A DNA stretch of 64,000 bases from Eubacterium sp. (GCA_045629925.1 JAZQSD010000091.1:547-64546), one strand, 5' to 3'. Shown: positions 1-13,983, counted from the first letter of the stretch. Notes: generated from the letters alone by a model not told the origin. Made by a program: numbers and translations.

Positions 1-170
1 ACTTATAAACCCCGAGCAAATTCTGTTTTCATGCACCAGCATTATATTACTGTTTTAGCACAATATTTGCAATCAGTAAATTAGCAGATTTATTAAGCGA
101 ACTCAAAATTTACTTCGTAAATTTTTCATGCGCGTTGCGCCTTCAAATACGCAACAAAAATAATATATCA

Positions 171-309
171 GCAATTAGCCGAACACTCAAAAATGCTTCG
201 CATTTCTTCGTGTTCCGGGCATTCGCCCAATAAATAAGCAAAAATAAACCCTTGGAAATGTAAACACTTCCAAGGGTTGTATTTATTGCTTATTTGCTCG
301 GCTAATTGC
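171..309. repeat. Nested inverted-repeat (REP/MITE-like) element downstream of tuf
   Basis: GCAATTAGCCGA (171-182) is the exact reverse complement of TCGGCTAATTGC (298-309); it encloses further hairpins and the tuf terminator. Confidence 0.55.
241..278 (-). terminator. Intrinsic terminator of tuf
   Basis: 11-bp stem AACCCTTGGAA/TTCCAAGGGTT followed by TATTTTT on the minus strand. Confidence 0.75.
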
Positions 310-317
310 CAACGCTA

Positions 318-1505
318 CTATTCGATAACTGTAGCAACTCGACCTGAACCTACTGTACGGCCACCTTCACGGATAGCGAATGTAAGACCCTGTTCCATAG
401 CGATTGGGTGGATCAGTTCGATTGTCATTTCTACGTTATCACCAGGCATACACATTTCTACGCCTGCTGGTAAGTTACAAACACCTGTTACGTCTGTTGT
501 TCTGAAGTAGAACTGTGGACGGTAGTTGTTGAAGAATGGTGTATGACGGCCACCTTCATCTTTTGTTAAAACGTAAACCTGAGCTGTGAATTTTGTATGG
601 CATTTGATTGTACCTGGTTTAACAAGACACTGTCCTCTTTCGATTTCGTCTCTCTTAACACCACGAAGTAATGCACCAATGTTATCACCAGCCTGACCTT
701 CGTCAAGAAGTTTACGGAACATTTCGATACCTGTTACAGTTGTTTTCTGAACGTCTTCTTTGATACCAACGATTTCTACTTCTTCGTTAACATGGATTGT
801 ACCACGTTCTACTCTACCTGTAGCAACTGTACCACGACCTGTGATTGTGAATACGTCTTCTACTGGCATAAGGAATGGCTGATCTGTAGCACGCTGTGGA
901 TCTGGAATGTATTCATCAACTGTAGCCATTAATTCCATGATCTTGTCACCCCATTCGCAATGTGGATCTTCAAGAGCTTTTAATGCAGAACCTTTGATGA
1001 TTGGGCAATCTGTGAACTCGTATTCTTCTAACTGTTCTGTGATTTCCATTTCTACTAATTCTAATAATTCTTCGTCATCAACCATATCACATTTGTTCAT
1101 GAATACAACGATGTATGGTACACCTACCTGACGGGAAAGAAGGATGTGTTCTTTTGTCTGAGCCATAACACCATCAGTTGCAGCTACAACGAGGATAGCA
1201 CCGTCCATCTGAGCAGCACCTGTGATCATGTTTTTAACGTAGTCAGCATGTCCTGGGCAGTCTACGTGAGCGTAGTGACGGTTGTCTGTTTCGTATTCTA
1301 CGTGAGCTGTAGAAATTGTGATACCACGTTCTCTTTCTTCTGGAGCTTTGTCGATGTTTTCGAAATCAACAGCTGCGTTACCAGCAACTCTTTCAGATAA
1401 TACTTTTGTGATAGCTGCTGTTAAAGTTGTTTTACCGTGGTCAACGTGTCCGATTGTACCAATGTTACAATGAGGTTTACTTCTATTAAACTTCTCTTTA
1501 GCCAT
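318..1505 (-). CDS. tuf: Elongation factor Tu
   Basis: [12 protein letters not shown] start; [17 protein letters not shown] and NKCD motifs; follows fusA. Confidence 0.99.
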   Translation of the reverse strand: MAKEKFNRSKPHCNIGTIGHVDHGKTTLTAAITKVLSERVAGNAAVDFENIDKAPEERERGITISTAHVEYETDNRHYAHVDCPGHADYVKNMITGAAQMDGAILVVAATDGVMAQTKEHILLSRQVGVPYIVVFMNKCDMVDDEELLELVEMEITEQLEEYEFTDCPIIKGSALKALEDPHCEWGDKIMELMATVDEYIPDPQRATDQPFLMPVEDVFTITGRGTVATGRVERGTIHVNEEVEIVGIKEDVQKTTVTGIEMFRKLLDEGQAGDNIGALLRGVKRDEIERGQCLVKPGTIKCHTKFTAQVYVLTKDEGGRHTPFFNNYRPQFYFRTTDVTGVCNLPAGVEMCMPGDNVEMTIELIHPIAMEQGLTFAIREGGRTVGSGRVATVIE

Positions 1506-1586
1506 TTTAATGTCCTCCTATTAGGCCTTTAAAGGCACCTTTCATGATTATTTTTTATAAAAGTTTCGATAACTCGGCTATTCTTG

Positions 1587-1615
1587 ATTATAGTAAAGAA
1601 TAGCCGACTTTTCAA
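1587..1615 (-). promoter_or_regulatory. SigA-type promoter of tuf
   Basis: TTGAAA-17 bp-TATAAT between fusA and tuf. Confidence 0.65.
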
Positions 1616-1622
1616 GATTTAA

Positions 1623-3737
1623 TTACTGTTTTGCGCTAAGAATTTTTTCCTGAACGGACTTTGGAACCTGCTCATATTTCTCGAAGAACATAGAGTAGTT
1701 ACCACGTCCCTGTGTTCTGGAACGTAAATCTGTTGCGTAACCGAACATTTCGGATAATGGAACAAAACCTCTAACGATTTTACCACCACCAAGGTCGTCC
1801 ATACCTTCGATACGTCCACGACGGGAGTTGATATCACCGATAACGTCACCCATGTATTCTTCTGGCATTGTTACTTCAACTTTCATGATAGGTTCAAGTA
1901 ATACTGGGCCAGCCTGTTTCATAGCTTCTTTGAAGCACATAGAACCAGCGATGTGGAATGCCATTTCAGAAGAGTCAACTTCATGGTAAGAACCATCGTA
2001 TACGTTCGCTTTGACACCAAGTACAGGGAATCCAGCAAGGATACCAGACTTGGAAGCTTCTTCGATACCTGCGCCAACTGCTGGGATGTATTCTTTTGGA
2101 ATAGCACCACCAACAACTGTGGATTCGAATTTGAATAATTCTTCACCGTTGGCATCCATTGGCTCGAATTTAACTTTACAGTGACCGTACTGACCACGAC
2201 CACCAGACTGTTTAGCGTATTTGTATTCAACGTCAACAGCTTTTGTAAAGGATTCTTTGTATGCTACCTGTGGAGCACCAACGTTAGCTTCTACTTTGAA
2301 TTCACGAAGGAGACGGTCAACGATGATTTCAAGATGTAATTCACCCATACCAGCGATGATTGTCTGACCTGTTTCGTGATCTGTGTGAGCACGGAATGTT
2401 GGATCTTCTTCTGCAAGTTTTGCAAGAGCTTCACCCATTTTCTGCTGACCAGCTTTTGTCTTAGGCTCAATAGCGAGCTCGATAACTGGTTCTGGGAATT
2501 CCATGGACTCTAAGATTACTGGATGCTGTTCATCACAGATTGTATCACCTGTACCTGTTACTTTGAAACCAACAGCTGCAGCGATATCTCCGGAATAAAC
2601 TTTATCAAGTTCAGCACGTTTGTTAGCATGCATCTGAAGGATACGGCCAACACGTTCTTTTTTACCTTTGGAAGCGTTCAGTACGTAAGAACCGGAATTC
2701 ATTGTACCAGAGTACACACGGAAGAATGCTAATTTACCAACGAATGGGTCTGCCATGATCTTGAATGCAAGAGCAGAGAATGGTTCTTCGTCGGAAGCAT
2801 GTCTTACGATTTCGTTACCATCTAAATCTGTACCAGCGATAGCTGGGATGTCTAATGGAGATGGCATGAATTCGATAACAGCATCTAATAATTTCTGAAC
2901 ACCTTTGTTTCTGTAAGCTGTACCACAGCAAACTGGAATTGCTTCACAGTTACATGTAGCTTTTCTTAAAACAGCTTTTAATTCTTCTACAGATGGTACT
3001 TCACCTTCTAAGTACATCATCATTAATTCATCGTCTAATTCGCAGATTTTTTCTACTAATTCTTCATGGTAAATTTCAGCTTCGTCAGCCATATCTTCTG
3101 GGATATCTGTTACGGAGATGTCATCACCCTTATCATCATTGTAGATGTAAGCCTGCATTTCGAATAAGTCGATAATACCTTTAAATTCATCTTCTTTACC
3201 GATTGGTAACTGAATGCAGATTGCATTTTTACCTAATCTGTTGCGGATCTGATCAACCGCTGCATAGAAGTTTGCACCTAAGATATCCATCTTGTTGATG
3301 AATGCCATTCTAGGTACGTTGTATGTGTCAGCCTGACGCCATACATTTTCGGACTGTGGTTCAACACCGCCTTTTGCACAGAAAACGCCTACAGCGCCGT
3401 CTAATACACGGAGTGAACGTTCTACTTCTACTGTAAAGTCTACGTGGCCTGGTGTATCAATGATATTGATACGGTGTTCTAATGCGCCAGGTTTCTGTTT
3501 TGTCTTTTCCTGGAGTGTCCAGTGACATGTTGTAGCAGCAGAAGTAATTGTGATACCTCTTTCCTGCTCCTGTTCCATCCAGTCCATAGTAGCAGTACCT
3601 TCATGAGTATCACCGATCTTGTAGTTTACACCAGTATAATAAAGGATACGCTCTGTTGTTGTTGTTTTACCAGCATCAATATGAGCCATAATACCAATAT
3701 TTCTGGTTCTCTCTAATGGATATTCTCTTCCAGCCAA
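1623..3737 (-). CDS. fusA: Elongation factor G
   Basis: [19 protein letters not shown] and DTPGHVDF motifs; str operon position; TTG start with GGAGG RBS. Confidence 0.99.
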   Translation of the reverse strand: MAGREYPLERTRNIGIMAHIDAGKTTTTERILYYTGVNYKIGDTHEGTATMDWMEQEQERGITITSAATTCHWTLQEKTKQKPGALEHRINIIDTPGHVDFTVEVERSLRVLDGAVGVFCAKGGVEPQSENVWRQADTYNVPRMAFINKMDILGANFYAAVDQIRNRLGKNAICIQLPIGKEDEFKGIIDLFEMQAYIYNDDKGDDISVTDIPEDMADEAEIYHEELVEKICELDDELMMMYLEGEVPSVEELKAVLRKATCNCEAIPVCCGTAYRNKGVQKLLDAVIEFMPSPLDIPAIAGTDLDGNEIVRHASDEEPFSALAFKIMADPFVGKLAFFRVYSGTMNSGSYVLNASKGKKERVGRILQMHANKRAELDKVYSGDIAAAVGFKVTGTGDTICDEQHPVILESMEFPEPVIELAIEPKTKAGQQKMGEALAKLAEEDPTFRAHTDHETGQTIIAGMGELHLEIIVDRLLREFKVEANVGAPQVAYKESFTKAVDVEYKYAKQSGGRGQYGHCKVKFEPMDANGEELFKFESTVVGGAIPKEYIPAVGAGIEEASKSGILAGFPVLGVKANVYDGSYHEVDSSEMAFHIAGSMCFKEAMKQAGPVLLEPIMKVEVTMPEEYMGDVIGDINSRRGRIEGMDDLGGGKIVRGFVPLSEMFGYATDLRSRTQGRGNYSMFFEKYEQVPKSVQEKILSAKQ

Positions 3738-3815
3738 GATTTTTTCCTCCTAATACTATACGCGTTTCGCGTAACCAAAAAAATGTGAAGCAGCTAAGCT
3801 GCACTACGCGTTTGA

Positions 3816-4313
<498 letters not shown>

Positions 4314-4458
4314 TTAATATTTTTCGATTAATTCAACGGTACTCACATGTGTCTCTCTAATGTGTTCGTGTCAGGCACATTTATTTATCAACTGAGTGAA
4401 TAAATGAATTCCAACACTTACAATAGTTCTGTTTGTGATACTATTGGTTTGCTAAAAT

Positions 4459-4881
4459 TTATTTTTTAGCATCTTTTGGTCTCTTAGCACCATATTTGGA
4501 ACGAGCCTGACGTCTGTTTGCTACGCCTGCTGTATCAAGTGTACCTCTGATGATGTGGTAACGTGTACCTGGTAAGTCTTTAACTCGACCACCACGAATC
4601 AGAACAACACTATGTTCCTGTAAGTTGTGACCTTCACCTGGAATGTAGCTTGTTACTTCGATTCCGTTAGAAAGACGAACTCTGGCAATTTTTCTAAGAG
4701 CTGAGTTAGGTTTCTTTGGTGTAGCAGTTTTAACTGCTGTACAAACACCACGTTTCTGTGGAGCAGACTGATCAGTTGGTTTCTTGTGTAAAGAGTTGTA
4801 ACCTTTCTGAAGAGCTGGTGCTGTAGATTTCTTAACAGCTGTCTGACGACCTTTTCTTACTAACTGGTTAAATGTTGGCAT
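4459..4881 (-). CDS. rpsL: 30S ribosomal protein S12 (140 aa)
   Basis: [12 protein letters not shown] start, [10 protein letters not shown]; AGGAGGTG RBS before ATG 4881. Confidence 0.99.
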   Translation of the reverse strand: MPTFNQLVRKGRQTAVKKSTAPALQKGYNSLHKKPTDQSAPQKRGVCTAVKTATPKKPNSALRKIARVRLSNGIEVTSYIPGEGHNLQEHSVVLIRGGRVKDLPGTRYHIIRGTLDTAGVANRRQARSKYGAKRPKDAKK

Positions 4882-4937
4882 TCTTTTCACCTCCTGTAGT
4901 ATTCTGTAAAAGTGCGCACTATTGCGCACCATTTATC

Positions 4938-4966
4938 AGTATATTTATATCATTTCTGATTGTCAA
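4938..4966 (-). promoter_or_regulatory. SigA promoter of the str operon
   Basis: TTGACA-17 bp-TATACT. Confidence 0.75.
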
Positions 4967-5046
4967 GATGTTTTATTTTATTTTCTTAAAATAATTTTTC
5001 CCAAAATCTAGGTATCGTATGCGTTATTTTTTCTATACTATATATA

Positions 5047-5078
5047 GAAGAAACAGCATGGCGCAAGCGCCATGCTGT
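5047..5078 (-). terminator. Terminator after rpoC
   Basis: Stem ACAGCATGGCGC/GCGCCATGCTGT followed by TTCTT. Confidence 0.75.
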
Positions 5079-5089
5079 CTTATTAGTTA

Positions 5090-8000
5090 TTAGTTGTCAA
5101 TTTCTTCCAGTTCGAAATCTTCCACTTCTTCCAGCTCATCAAATTCAATATCTTCTACATCTTCTGTAAGATCAACTTCTGCATCAAAGCTTTCTGTTTC
5201 TTCATCGAATACTGTTTCTTCTACTGAATAGGAATCGGAATCAAGTTTGATGGAACGGTATCTCTTCAAACCTGTACCAGCTGGGATCAGCTTACCAATG
5301 ATTACGTTTTCTTTCAGACCGATCAGTGGGTCAACTTTTCCTTTGATCGCTGCATCTGTAAGAACTTTTGTTGTTTCCTGGAAGGAAGCTGCTGACATGA
5401 AGGAGTTTGTAGCAAGGGAAGCTTTTGTGATACCGAGAAGTACCTGCTTACCTTCTGCTGGCTCTTTGCCTTCTGCAAGGAGTTTTTCATTCATGTCTTC
5501 GTAATCTAATACGTCGATCAGTGTTCCTGGGAGGAAGTCTGAATCGCCGTTGTTCTCGATGCGGATTTTCTTCAGCATCTGGCGAACGATTACTTCTACG
5601 TGCTTATCATTGATATCTACACCCTGGAGACGGTAAACTCTCTGAACTTCCTGGATCATGTAATCCTGAACTGCACGAACACCTTTGATCTTAAGGATAT
5701 CATGTGGGTTTACACTACCTTCTGTAAGTTCATCACCTGCGCCCAGTACTGCGCCATCCTGAATCTTGATTCTGGATCCGTATGGGATAAGGTAAGCTTT
5801 TGTTTCGCCTGTTTCCTGATTTGTAACAACGATTTCACGTTTTTTCTTTGTATCTTTGATTGTTGCAACACCAGCAAATTCTGTGATGATTGCAAGACCC
5901 TTTGGTTTTCTAGCTTCGAACAACTCTTCAACTCGAGGAAGACCCTGAGTGATATCGTCACCGGCAACACCACCAGTATGGAAAGTACGCATTGTAAGCT
6001 GTGTACCTGGTTCACCGATAGACTGAGCTGCGATGATACCAACTGCTTCACCAACCTGTACGCCCTGACCTGTTGCCATGTTTGCACCGTAACATTTAGC
6101 ACAAACACCTACATGTGAACGACATGTAAGAATTGTACGGATCTTAACTGCTTCTAATGGCTGACCATTTTCATCTACACCTTTGCTCATTACCAATGCA
6201 GCACGTCTTGGTGTGATCATATGGTTTGCTTTTACAAGAACGTTACCTTCTGCATCCAGGATATCTTCGCAAGCCACACGGCCTGTGATTCTTTCCTGAA
6301 GGCTTTCAATTTCTTCTTTGCCATCAGTGAATGCTTTTACAACCATTCCTGGGATTTCTCTGTTAGTTCCTTCGCAACAATCCATTTCTCTGATAACAAG
6401 TTCCTGAGATACGTCTACAAGACGTCTTGTAAGGTAACCAGAGTCGGCTGTACGAAGAGCTGTATCGGACAGACCTTTACGAGCACCGTGTGCGGACATG
6501 AAGTATTCCAGTACGTCCAGACCTTCACGGAAGTTGGACTTGATTGGCAACTCGATTGTCTTACCAGTTGTATCAGCCATCAAGCCTCGCATACCAGCAA
6601 GCTGTTTGATCTGTTTGTCAGAACCACGGGCACCGGAGTCAGCCATCATGAAGATGTTATTGTATTTATCAAGACCATCTAACAGCTCACGTGTAAGTTC
6701 ATCGTCAGTTGCTTTCCATGTTTCGATAACTTCTTTATAACGTTCTTCTTCTGTGATAAGACCACGTTTAAAGTTCTTTGTAATCTGATCTACTGTATCC
6801 TGTGCTTCTTTGATCAGCTGAGGTTTCTTTTCTGGCACTGTCATATCAGAAATAGATACTGTCATAGCTGCTCTTGTGGAGTATTTGTAACCCATAGACT
6901 TGATATCATCAAGAACTTCTGCAGTTTTTGTTGCGCCATGGATATTGATTACTTTTTCAAGGATCTGTTTTAATCCTTTCTTACCTACGTGGAAATCAAC
7001 TTCAAGAACCAGTTCATTTTCAGGAATGCTTCTATCTACAAATCCTAAATCCTGTGGAAGGATTTCATTGAAGATGAAACGTCCTAATGTAGAAGAAACT
7101 GTTCCAGCTTTTACTGTTCCATCAGCCATTGTTTTTTCTACTCTAACGTTGATTCTAGAATGAAGTGTGATTGCTTTGTTTTCGTAAGCAAGGATTGCTT
7201 CGTTCACGCTCTTGAAGTATTTACCTTCACCTAAAACACCAGGTCTTTCCTGTGTCAGATAGTAAATACCAAGAACCATATCCTGTGAAGGAACTGCTAC
7301 AGGGCCACCATCAGATGGTTTCAGCAAGTTGTTTGGAGACAACAGCATGAAACGGCATTCTGCCTGAGCTTCCACAGAAAGTGGAAGATGAACAGCCATC
7401 TGGTCACCGTCGAAGTCGGCGTTGTAAGCTGTACATACCAATGGATGAAGTTTGATTGCTTTACCTTCTACAAGGATTGGCTCGAAAGCCTGAATACCAA
7501 GTCTGTGCAGTGTAGGAGCACGGTTTAACATTACTGGATGCTCTTTAATTACATCTTCAAGTACGTCCCAAACTTCAGACTGAAGTCTTTCTACCATTTT
7601 CTTTGCACTCTTGATATTGTGTGCTGTTCCGTTTGCAACCAGTTCTTTCATAACGAATGGTTTGAAAAGTTCGATTGCCATTTCTTTTGGAAGACCGCAC
7701 TGGTAAATCTTAAGTTCTGGTCCTACTACGATAACGGAACGTCCGGAGTAGTCAACTCGCTTACCTAACAAGTTCTGACGGAAACGTCCGGATTTACCTT
7801 TCAGCATATCAGAAAGGGATTTTAATGCACGGTTACCAGGACCTGTTACAGGTCTGCCACGACGACCATTGTCGATGAGGGCATCAACCGCTTCCTGAAG
7901 CATACGTTTTTCGTTTCTAACGATGATGTCAGGTGCACCTAATTCTAATAATCTGCTGAGACGGTTATTTCTATTGATAATTCTACGATATAAATCGTTT

Positions 8001-8785
8001 AAGTCAGATGTAGCAAAACGACCACCGTCTAACTGAACCATTGGACGTAAATCTGGTGGAATTACAGGAATTACATTCATGATCATCCATTCTGGTTTGT
8101 TGCCGGATTCACGGAATGCTTCTACAACTTCTAAACGTTTGATGATTCTCGCACGTTTCTGACCTGTTGCATCTTTTAATCCTGCTTTTAATTCTGCAGC
8201 ATCTTTTTCAAGGTCGATTTCCTGTAATAATGTCTGGATTGCTTCTGCACCCATACCTACGCGGAAACCGTTGCCGAATGTCTCTCTTGCAGTCTGATAT
8301 TCTGTTTCAGAGAGAACCTGTTTGTACTGAAGATTTGTATTTCCTGCATCTAATACAATGTAGGAAGCAAAGTACAGTACTTTTTCCAGTGTACGTGGAG
8401 ACAGGTCAAGGATTAAGCCCATGCGGCTAGGAATTCCTTTGTAGTACCAGATATGGGAAACAGGAGCAGCAAGCTCGATGTGTCCCATACGTTCTCTACG
8501 TACATTAGATTTTGTGATTTCTACGCCACAGCGATCACAAACAACACCTTTATAACGGATCTTTTTGTATTTACCACAGTGACATTCCCAGTCCTTGCTA
8601 GGTCCGAAAATACGTTCACAGAAAAGGCCGTCTTTTTCAGGTTTCAATGTTCTATAGTTAATAGTCTCTGGCTTTTTAACTTCGCCGTGTGACCATTCTC
8701 TGATTTTTTCAGGTGAAGCTAAGCCGATACGAATGGCATCAAACGCAACTGGCTGATAAGCTTCTTTATTCATTGTTTCTGGCAT
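5090..8785 (-). CDS. rpoC: RNA polymerase beta' subunit
   Basis: NADFDGD catalytic motif, N-terminal Zn finger, [12 protein letters not shown]. Confidence 0.99.
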   Translation of the reverse strand: MPETMNKEAYQPVAFDAIRIGLASPEKIREWSHGEVKKPETINYRTLKPEKDGLFCERIFGPSKDWECHCGKYKKIRYKGVVCDRCGVEITKSNVRRERMGHIELAAPVSHIWYYKGIPSRMGLILDLSPRTLEKVLYFASYIVLDAGNTNLQYKQVLSETEYQTARETFGNGFRVGMGAEAIQTLLQEIDLEKDAAELKAGLKDATGQKRARIIKRLEVVEAFRESGNKPEWMIMNVIPVIPPDLRPMVQLDGGRFATSDLNDLYRRIINRNNRLSRLLELGAPDIIVRNEKRMLQEAVDALIDNGRRGRPVTGPGNRALKSLSDMLKGKSGRFRQNLLGKRVDYSGRSVIVVGPELKIYQCGLPKEMAIELFKPFVMKELVANGTAHNIKSAKKMVERLQSEVWDVLEDVIKEHPVMLNRAPTLHRLGIQAFEPILVEGKAIKLHPLVCTAYNADFDGDQMAVHLPLSVEAQAECRFMLLSPNNLLKPSDGGPVAVPSQDMVLGIYYLTQERPGVLGEGKYFKSVNEAILAYENKAITLHSRINVRVEKTMADGTVKAGTVSSTLGRFIFNEILPQDLGFVDRSIPENELVLEVDFHVGKKGLKQILEKVINIHGATKTAEVLDDIKSMGYKYSTRAAMTVSISDMTVPEKKPQLIKEAQDTVDQITKNFKRGLITEEERYKEVIETWKATDDELTRELLDGLDKYNNIFMMADSGARGSDKQIKQLAGMRGLMADTTGKTIELPIKSNFREGLDVLEYFMSAHGARKGLSDTALRTADSGYLTRRLVDVSQELVIREMDCCEGTNREIPGMVVKAFTDGKEEIESLQERITGRVACEDILDAEGNVLVKANHMITPRRAALVMSKGVDENGQPLEAVKIRTILTCRSHVGVCAKCYGANMATGQGVQVGEAVGIIAAQSIGEPGTQLTMRTFHTGGVAGDDITQGLPRVEELFEARKPKGLAIITEFAGVATIKDTKKKREIVVTNQETGETKAYLIPYGSRIKIQDGAVLGAGDELTEGSVNPHDILKIKGVRAVQDYMIQEVQRVYRLQGVDINDKHVEVIVRQMLKKIRIENNGDSDFLPGTLIDVLDYEDMNEKLLAEGKEPAEGKQVLLGITKASLATNSFMSAASFQETTKVLTDAAIKGKVDPLIGLKENVIIGKLIPAGTGLKRYRSIKLDSDSYSVEETVFDEETESFDAEVDLTEDVEDIEFDELEEVEDFELEEIDN

Positions 8786-8803
8786 TTACTATAGCTCCCT
8801 TCC

Positions 8804-11800
8804 TTATTCTTCGTCAGGAACATCCTCCTGGAAATCGTTCATCATAATGTCTTCTTCAACATTTACAAGTTCTTCATTTTCATTGAACTCCTGTTTACTA
8901 AAGCCCATGGCACCAAAGGATTCGCTCTCATCATAATTGAAGTTTCTATCACCAGCGATGATGGAGTTCAGATCTGTGTTGCCATATTCACTTGTTTCCA
9001 GAAGTTTTACTTCTTCGCCATCTTCATCCTGAACGATTACGTCAAGACCAAGAGACTGAAGTTCTTTTAAGAGTACTTTAAAGGATTCTGGAATTCCTGG
9101 TTCAGGAATGTTGTCGCCTTTAATGATTGCTTCGTATGTCTTAACACGACCAACAACGTCATCGGATTTTACAGTTAAGATTTCCTGTAATGTGTAAGAT
9201 GCGCCGTACGCTTCCAGAGCCCAAACTTCCATTTCACCGAAACGCTGTCCACCGAACTGAGCTTTACCACCCAGTGGCTGCTGTGTAACAAGTGAGTAAG
9301 GACCAGTAGAACGTGCATGGATCTTATCATCAACCAGATGATGAAGTTTCAGGTAGTGCATGTGACCAATTGTTACAGGACTATCAAAGTATTCGCCTGT
9401 ACGGCCATCACGAAGTCTTACTTTACCATCGCGGGAAAGTGGAACACCTTTCCAAAGTTCTCTGTGGTCTCTGTTTTCATATAAGTATTCCAATACTTCT
9501 GGAAGAAGTTCCTGTCCATGTCTGGATTCGAATTCTTCCCAAGAAAGGTTTACATAGTCGTTTGCAAGATCGAGAGTATCCATAATGTCTACTTCGTTTG
9601 CGCCATCGAATACAGGTGTTGCAATGTTGAATCCAAGAGCCTTGGAAGCAAGACTTAAGTGGATTTCCAATACCTGACCGATGTTCATACGAGATGGTAC
9701 GCCCAGTGGGTTTAATACGATATCCAGAGGACGGCCGTTTGGAAGGAATGGCATATCTTCTACAGGTAATACACGGGAAACAACACCCTTGTTACCATGA
9801 CGACCAGCCATTTTATCACCAACAGAGATTTTTCTCTTCTGAGCAATATAAATACGAACCGCCTGGTTTACACCTGGAGATAATTCATCACCGTTTTCTC
9901 TTGTAAATACTTTTGCATCTACGACGATACCATACTCACCGTGTGGTACTTTAAGGGAAGTATCTCTAACTTCTCTTGCTTTTTCGCCGAAGATTGCACG
10001 AAGCAGTCTTTCTTCTGCTGTCAGTTCTGTTTCTCCCTTAGGAGTAACTTTACCAACAAGAATGTCACCCGCACGAACTTCAGCACCAATACGGATGATA
10101 CCTCTTTCATCAAGATCTTTCAGCGCGTCATCACCTACACCAGGAACGTCACGAGTAATTTCTTCTGGTCCCAGTTTTGTATCACGAGCTTCTGCTTCAT
10201 ATTCTTCAATATGGATAGATGTATAAACATCATCCTGTACTAATCTTTCACTTAGCAGAACAGCATCTTCGTAGTTGTAACCTTCCCATGTCATAAAGCC
10301 GATGAGTGGGTTTTTACCAAGAGCTAATTCGCCGTTTGCTGTAGATGGACCGTCAGCGATAACCTGACCAGCTTCTACATGTTCACCTTTGAATACGATT
10401 GGTTTCTGGTTATAACAGTTGGACTGGTTGCTTCGTGAGAATTTTGTAAGTTTGTATACTTCTCTGCTTCCGTCATCATCGTATTTCATTGTGATTTCAT
10501 TTGAGCAGGAACGTTCAATCACACCTGCACGTTTTGCAACTACACATACACCAGAGTCAACTGCTGCTTTTGGTTCCATACCAGTACCAACTACAGGAGC
10601 TTCTGTTGTGAGAAGTGGAACTGCCTGACGCTGCATGTTGGCACCCATCAGAGCACGGTTCGCATCGTCGTTTTCAAGGAATGGGATCAGAGCAGTCGCT
10701 ACAGAGAATACCATCTTTGGAGATACGTCCATGTAGTCAAACAGAGTCTTATCATATTCCTGTGTTTCTTCACGGTAACGACCGGATACAGAATTACGAA
10801 CGAAATGTCCTTCATCATCCAGTTTTTCGTTAGCCTGTGCTACATGGTAGTTATCTTCTTCATCAGCTGTCATGTAGATAACTTCATCTGTAACACGTGG
10901 GTTCTTTGGATCTGTCTTATCAATCTTACGATATGGTGCTTCAACAAAACCATATTCATTAATTCTCGCATAAGAAGCCAAAGAGTTAATCAGACCGATG
11001 TTTGGACCTTCAGGTGTTTCTACAGGACACATTCTTCCGTAGTGAGAATAGTGAATATCTCGAACCTCGAATCCGGCACGATCTCTAGAGAGACCACCTG
11101 GTCCTAATGCGGACAGACGTCTCTTATGTGTCAGCTCGCCCAGTGGGTTGTTCTGATCCATGAACTGAGACAGCTGAGAGGAACCGAAGAATTCCTTAAC
11201 AGCAGCTGTTACAGGTTTGATGTTGATTAAGTTCTGAGCTGTTACATTTTCCAGATCCTGTGTTGTCATTCTTTCACGAACAACTCTTTCTAATCTGGAC
11301 AGACCGATACGGTACTGATTCTGTAATAACTCGCCAACTGCACGGATACGTCTGTTGCCAAGGTGGTCGATATCATCATCGTTTCCAAGGCCGTATTCTA
11401 AATGCATGTTGTAGTTGATAGAAGCTAAAATGTCTTCTTTTGTAATATGTTTTGGAATCAAATCTGCAATATCTCTAACGATAGCTTCTTTGATATCTTC
11501 AATTGTTTCGTTTTCAGCTAAGATCTTCTCTAAAACTGGGTAGTATACAAGTTCTTTTACGCCTAATTCTGCTGGATCAACATCAACAAAGTTTGTGATA
11601 TCTACCATCATATTAGAGAGAACTTTGATATTTCTTTCTTCACCCTGGATCCATACAAATGGAACTGCTGCATTCTGGATACGATCAGCAAGATCTCTGT
11701 CAACTTTAGCGCCTGCTTCTGCAAGAACTTCACCTGTGGAAGCATCTACAACATCTGCAGCGAGAACCTGTCCATTGATACGGTTCTTTAACAGTAATTT

Positions 11801-12664
11801 CTTGTTGAATTTGTATCTACCAACTTTTGCAAGATCATAACGTCTTGGGTCAAAGAACATCGCAGAAATAAGGCTTTCTGCACTTTCTACAGAAAGTGGT
11901 TCGCCTGGACGAATCTTCTTGTATAATTCCAAGAGACCTCTTTCATAGGAACCATCGCCTGTTTCTGGTGCGATAGATGGATCTTTTGCAAAGCTTGCAA
12001 TAATCTTTGGTTCTTCGCCAAATAAATCTATAATTTCCTGGTTTGTTCCGATACCAAGAGCACGAATCAATACAGTGATAGGTACTTTTCTTGTACGGTC
12101 AACTCGAACATAAAAAACGTCATTGGAATCTGTTTCGTATTCTAACCATGCACCACGGTTTGGAATTACAGTACAGGAATACAATTCTTTACCAACTTTG
12201 TCGTGTGCGATTCCGTAGTAAATACCAGGAGAACGAACTAACTGGCTAACGATAACTCGTTCTGCACCGTTGATAACGAATGTACCAGTTTCTGTCATCA
12301 GTGGTAAATCACCCATGAAAATTTCATGTTCATTGATCTCATCTGCTTCTTTATTATAAAGTCTAACCTTTACTTTTAAAGGAGCTGCGTATGTTGCATC
12401 ACGTTCTTTGCACTCTGGAATTGTATATTTCACATCATCTCTACAAAGTGTGAAATCTGTAAATTCCAGACTTAAATGACCGCTGTAATCCGCGATTGGA
12501 GAGATATCTGCAAACACTTCACGAAGACCTTCTTTTAAGAACCATTCATAGGATTCTTTCTGAACTTCGATCAGGTTTGGCATTTCCAATACCTCTTTTT
12601 GTCTCGAATAACTCATACGTAAGCTTTTTCCAGTTTTTACCGGACGTATTCTGTTTTTCTCCAT
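8804..12664 (-). CDS. rpoB: RNA polymerase beta subunit (1286 aa, start MEKNRIR)
   Basis: [22 protein letters not shown], rifampicin region [13 protein letters not shown]; GAGGTG RBS before ATG 12664. Confidence 0.99.
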   Translation of the reverse strand: MEKNRIRPVKTGKSLRMSYSRQKEVLEMPNLIEVQKESYEWFLKEGLREVFADISPIADYSGHLSLEFTDFTLCRDDVKYTIPECKERDATYAAPLKVKVRLYNKEADEINEHEIFMGDLPLMTETGTFVINGAERVIVSQLVRSPGIYYGIAHDKVGKELYSCTVIPNRGAWLEYETDSNDVFYVRVDRTRKVPITVLIRALGIGTNQEIIDLFGEEPKIIASFAKDPSIAPETGDGSYERGLLELYKKIRPGEPLSVESAESLISAMFFDPRRYDLAKVGRYKFNKKLLLKNRINGQVLAADVVDASTGEVLAEAGAKVDRDLADRIQNAAVPFVWIQGEERNIKVLSNMMVDITNFVDVDPAELGVKELVYYPVLEKILAENETIEDIKEAIVRDIADLIPKHITKEDILASINYNMHLEYGLGNDDDIDHLGNRRIRAVGELLQNQYRIGLSRLERVVRERMTTQDLENVTAQNLINIKPVTAAVKEFFGSSQLSQFMDQNNPLGELTHKRRLSALGPGGLSRDRAGFEVRDIHYSHYGRMCPVETPEGPNIGLINSLASYARINEYGFVEAPYRKIDKTDPKNPRVTDEVIYMTADEEDNYHVAQANEKLDDEGHFVRNSVSGRYREETQEYDKTLFDYMDVSPKMVFSVATALIPFLENDDANRALMGANMQRQAVPLLTTEAPVVGTGMEPKAAVDSGVCVVAKRAGVIERSCSNEITMKYDDDGSREVYKLTKFSRSNQSNCYNQKPIVFKGEHVEAGQVIADGPSTANGELALGKNPLIGFMTWEGYNYEDAVLLSERLVQDDVYTSIHIEEYEAEARDTKLGPEEITRDVPGVGDDALKDLDERGIIRIGAEVRAGDILVGKVTPKGETELTAEERLLRAIFGEKAREVRDTSLKVPHGEYGIVVDAKVFTRENGDELSPGVNQAVRIYIAQKRKISVGDKMAGRHGNKGVVSRVLPVEDMPFLPNGRPLDIVLNPLGVPSRMNIGQVLEIHLSLASKALGFNIATPVFDGANEVDIMDTLDLANDYVNLSWEEFESRHGQELLPEVLEYLYENRDHRELWKGVPLSRDGKVRLRDGRTGEYFDSPVTIGHMHYLKLHHLVDDKIHARSTGPYSLVTQQPLGGKAQFGGQRFGEMEVWALEAYGASYTLQEILTVKSDDVVGRVKTYEAIIKGDNIPEPGIPESFKVLLKELQSLGLDVIVQDEDGEEVKLLETSEYGNTDLNSIIAGDRNFNYDESESFGAMGFSKQEFNENEELVNVEEDIMMNDFQEDVPDEE

Positions 12665-12855
12665 TGACGCTTCACCTCTCGTTTTTATTATTTGTTTTGC
12701 TGTTTTTCTCAGCACCAATTCTTTATCCCATGCTCTCAAAAAGGCACTTTTTTGCCATCTTGGGCATCTGATACCCTTTTGAAAACACAGGATATACTGT
12801 TTTTCCCTAAAAAAGGGCGCAAATAGGCCTAATAGACCACAATAGTGCACATAGC

Positions 12856-12885
12856 ATCATAGCACAAACCTTTTCTCTGTGTCAA
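12856..12885 (-). promoter_or_regulatory. SigA promoter of rpoBC
   Basis: TTGACA-18 bp-TATGAT with TGn extended -10. Confidence 0.7.
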
Positions 12886-12914
12886 CACATAATTTTGAAA
12901 AAATTACCAGCAAC

Positions 12915-12950
12915 AAAAAAAGTCCGGATGAGAACTCGTTCTCTCCGGAC
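12915..12950 (-). terminator. Terminator after rplL
   Basis: GTCCGGA...TCCGGAC stem followed by T7. Confidence 0.75.
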
Positions 12951-12990
12951 CATTTTTACATTTTTTAAATTTCCTCGTTGCTTACGCGGA

Positions 12991-13362
12991 TTATTTAAGA
13001 GTAACTTTAGCGCCTTCAGCTTCAAGTTTACCTTTGATATCTTCAGCTTCAGCTTTGTCAGCCTGCTCTTTTAATAACTTTGGAGCGTTGTCTACAACAT
13101 CTTTAGCTTCTTTTAAGCCTAAGCCTGTTACTTCACGAACAACTTTGATAACTTTAACTTTGTTTGGACCTACTTCTGTAAGTTCAACGTCGAATTCAGT
13201 TTTTTCTTCAGCTTCTACTGCTGGGCCTGCTGCTGCTACAACAACGCCTGCTGCTGCAGATACACCAAATTCTTCTTCACATGCTTTTACTAATTCGTTT
13301 AATTCTAATACGGATAATTCTTTGATAGCTTCAATAAATTCAGCTGTTGTTAATTTTGCCAT
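12991..13362 (-). CDS. rplL: 50S ribosomal protein L7/L12
   Basis: EEKTEFDV and GLGLKEAK motifs. Confidence 0.99.
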   Translation of the reverse strand: MAKLTTAEFIEAIKELSVLELNELVKACEEEFGVSAAAGVVVAAAGPAVEAEEKTEFDVELTEVGPNKVKVIKVVREVTGLGLKEAKDVVDNAPKLLKEQADKAEAEDIKGKLEAEGAKVTLK

Positions 13363-13416
13363 TATATTTTACCTCCAATATAAGATTGTTTTTTAAGTTA
13401 ATAGTGTTAGCAGATC

Positions 13417-13983
13417 TTATGCTTCTGCTGGAGCTTCTGTAGCAGCTTCTTCAGCTACTGGTGCTTCTTCAGCTGTTTCAGCTGGAGTACAGTTAGCAGC
13501 ACCACCCTGCTCTGCGATCTGGTTAAGAACACGAGCAAAGTTTGTAATTGGAGACTGCATACTTCCAAGTAATCTGGAAATAAGCACTTCTCTGGATGGG
13601 ATAGAAGAAATAGCTTCCATTCCTTTTGCATCATAGAAATCACCTTCTACAACACCCGCTTTGATTTCAAGCTTAGGAGCTTTTTTAGCGAATTCTGCGA
13701 TGATTCTTGCTGGAGCTGTTGCATCATCTTTAGAGATTGCGATAGCGCTTGGTCCTTCAAGAACTGGAGCAAGGCTTTCGAATTCTGTTCCTTTGAATGC
13801 AAGGTTCATTAAAGTATTTTTGTATACTTTGTAGCAGATACCAGCTTCTCTTAATTCCTTACGTAACTGTGTATCTTCAGCAACTGTAAGACCACGGTAG
13901 TCTACAACTACAACTGACTGTGCGCCTTCTACGTTACCAGCGATTTCCTGTACGATAGGCTGTTTTAATTCTACTTTTGCCAC
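13417..13983 (-). CDS. rplJ: 50S ribosomal protein L10
   Basis: VVDYRGLTV and KVYKNTL motifs; Ala/Glu-rich tail; GTG start. Confidence 0.98.
   Translation of the reverse strand: MAKVELKQPIVQEIAGNVEGAQSVVVVDYRGLTVAEDTQLRKELREAGICYKVYKNTLMNLAFKGTEFESLAPVLEGPSAIAISKDDATAPARIIAEFAKKAPKLEIKAGVVEGDFYDAKGMEAISSIPSREVLISRLLGSMQSPITNFARVLNQIAEQGGAANCTPAETAEEAPVAEEAATEAPAEA

Noticed and set aside
12665-12850. 62-aa N-terminal extension of RpoB in the ORF track (similar extensions on rpsL, rpsG, rplA, both Crp genes, DMT and NfeD)
   Set aside because: These are longest-ORF artefacts; an RBS and family-typical N-terminus support the downstream starts.
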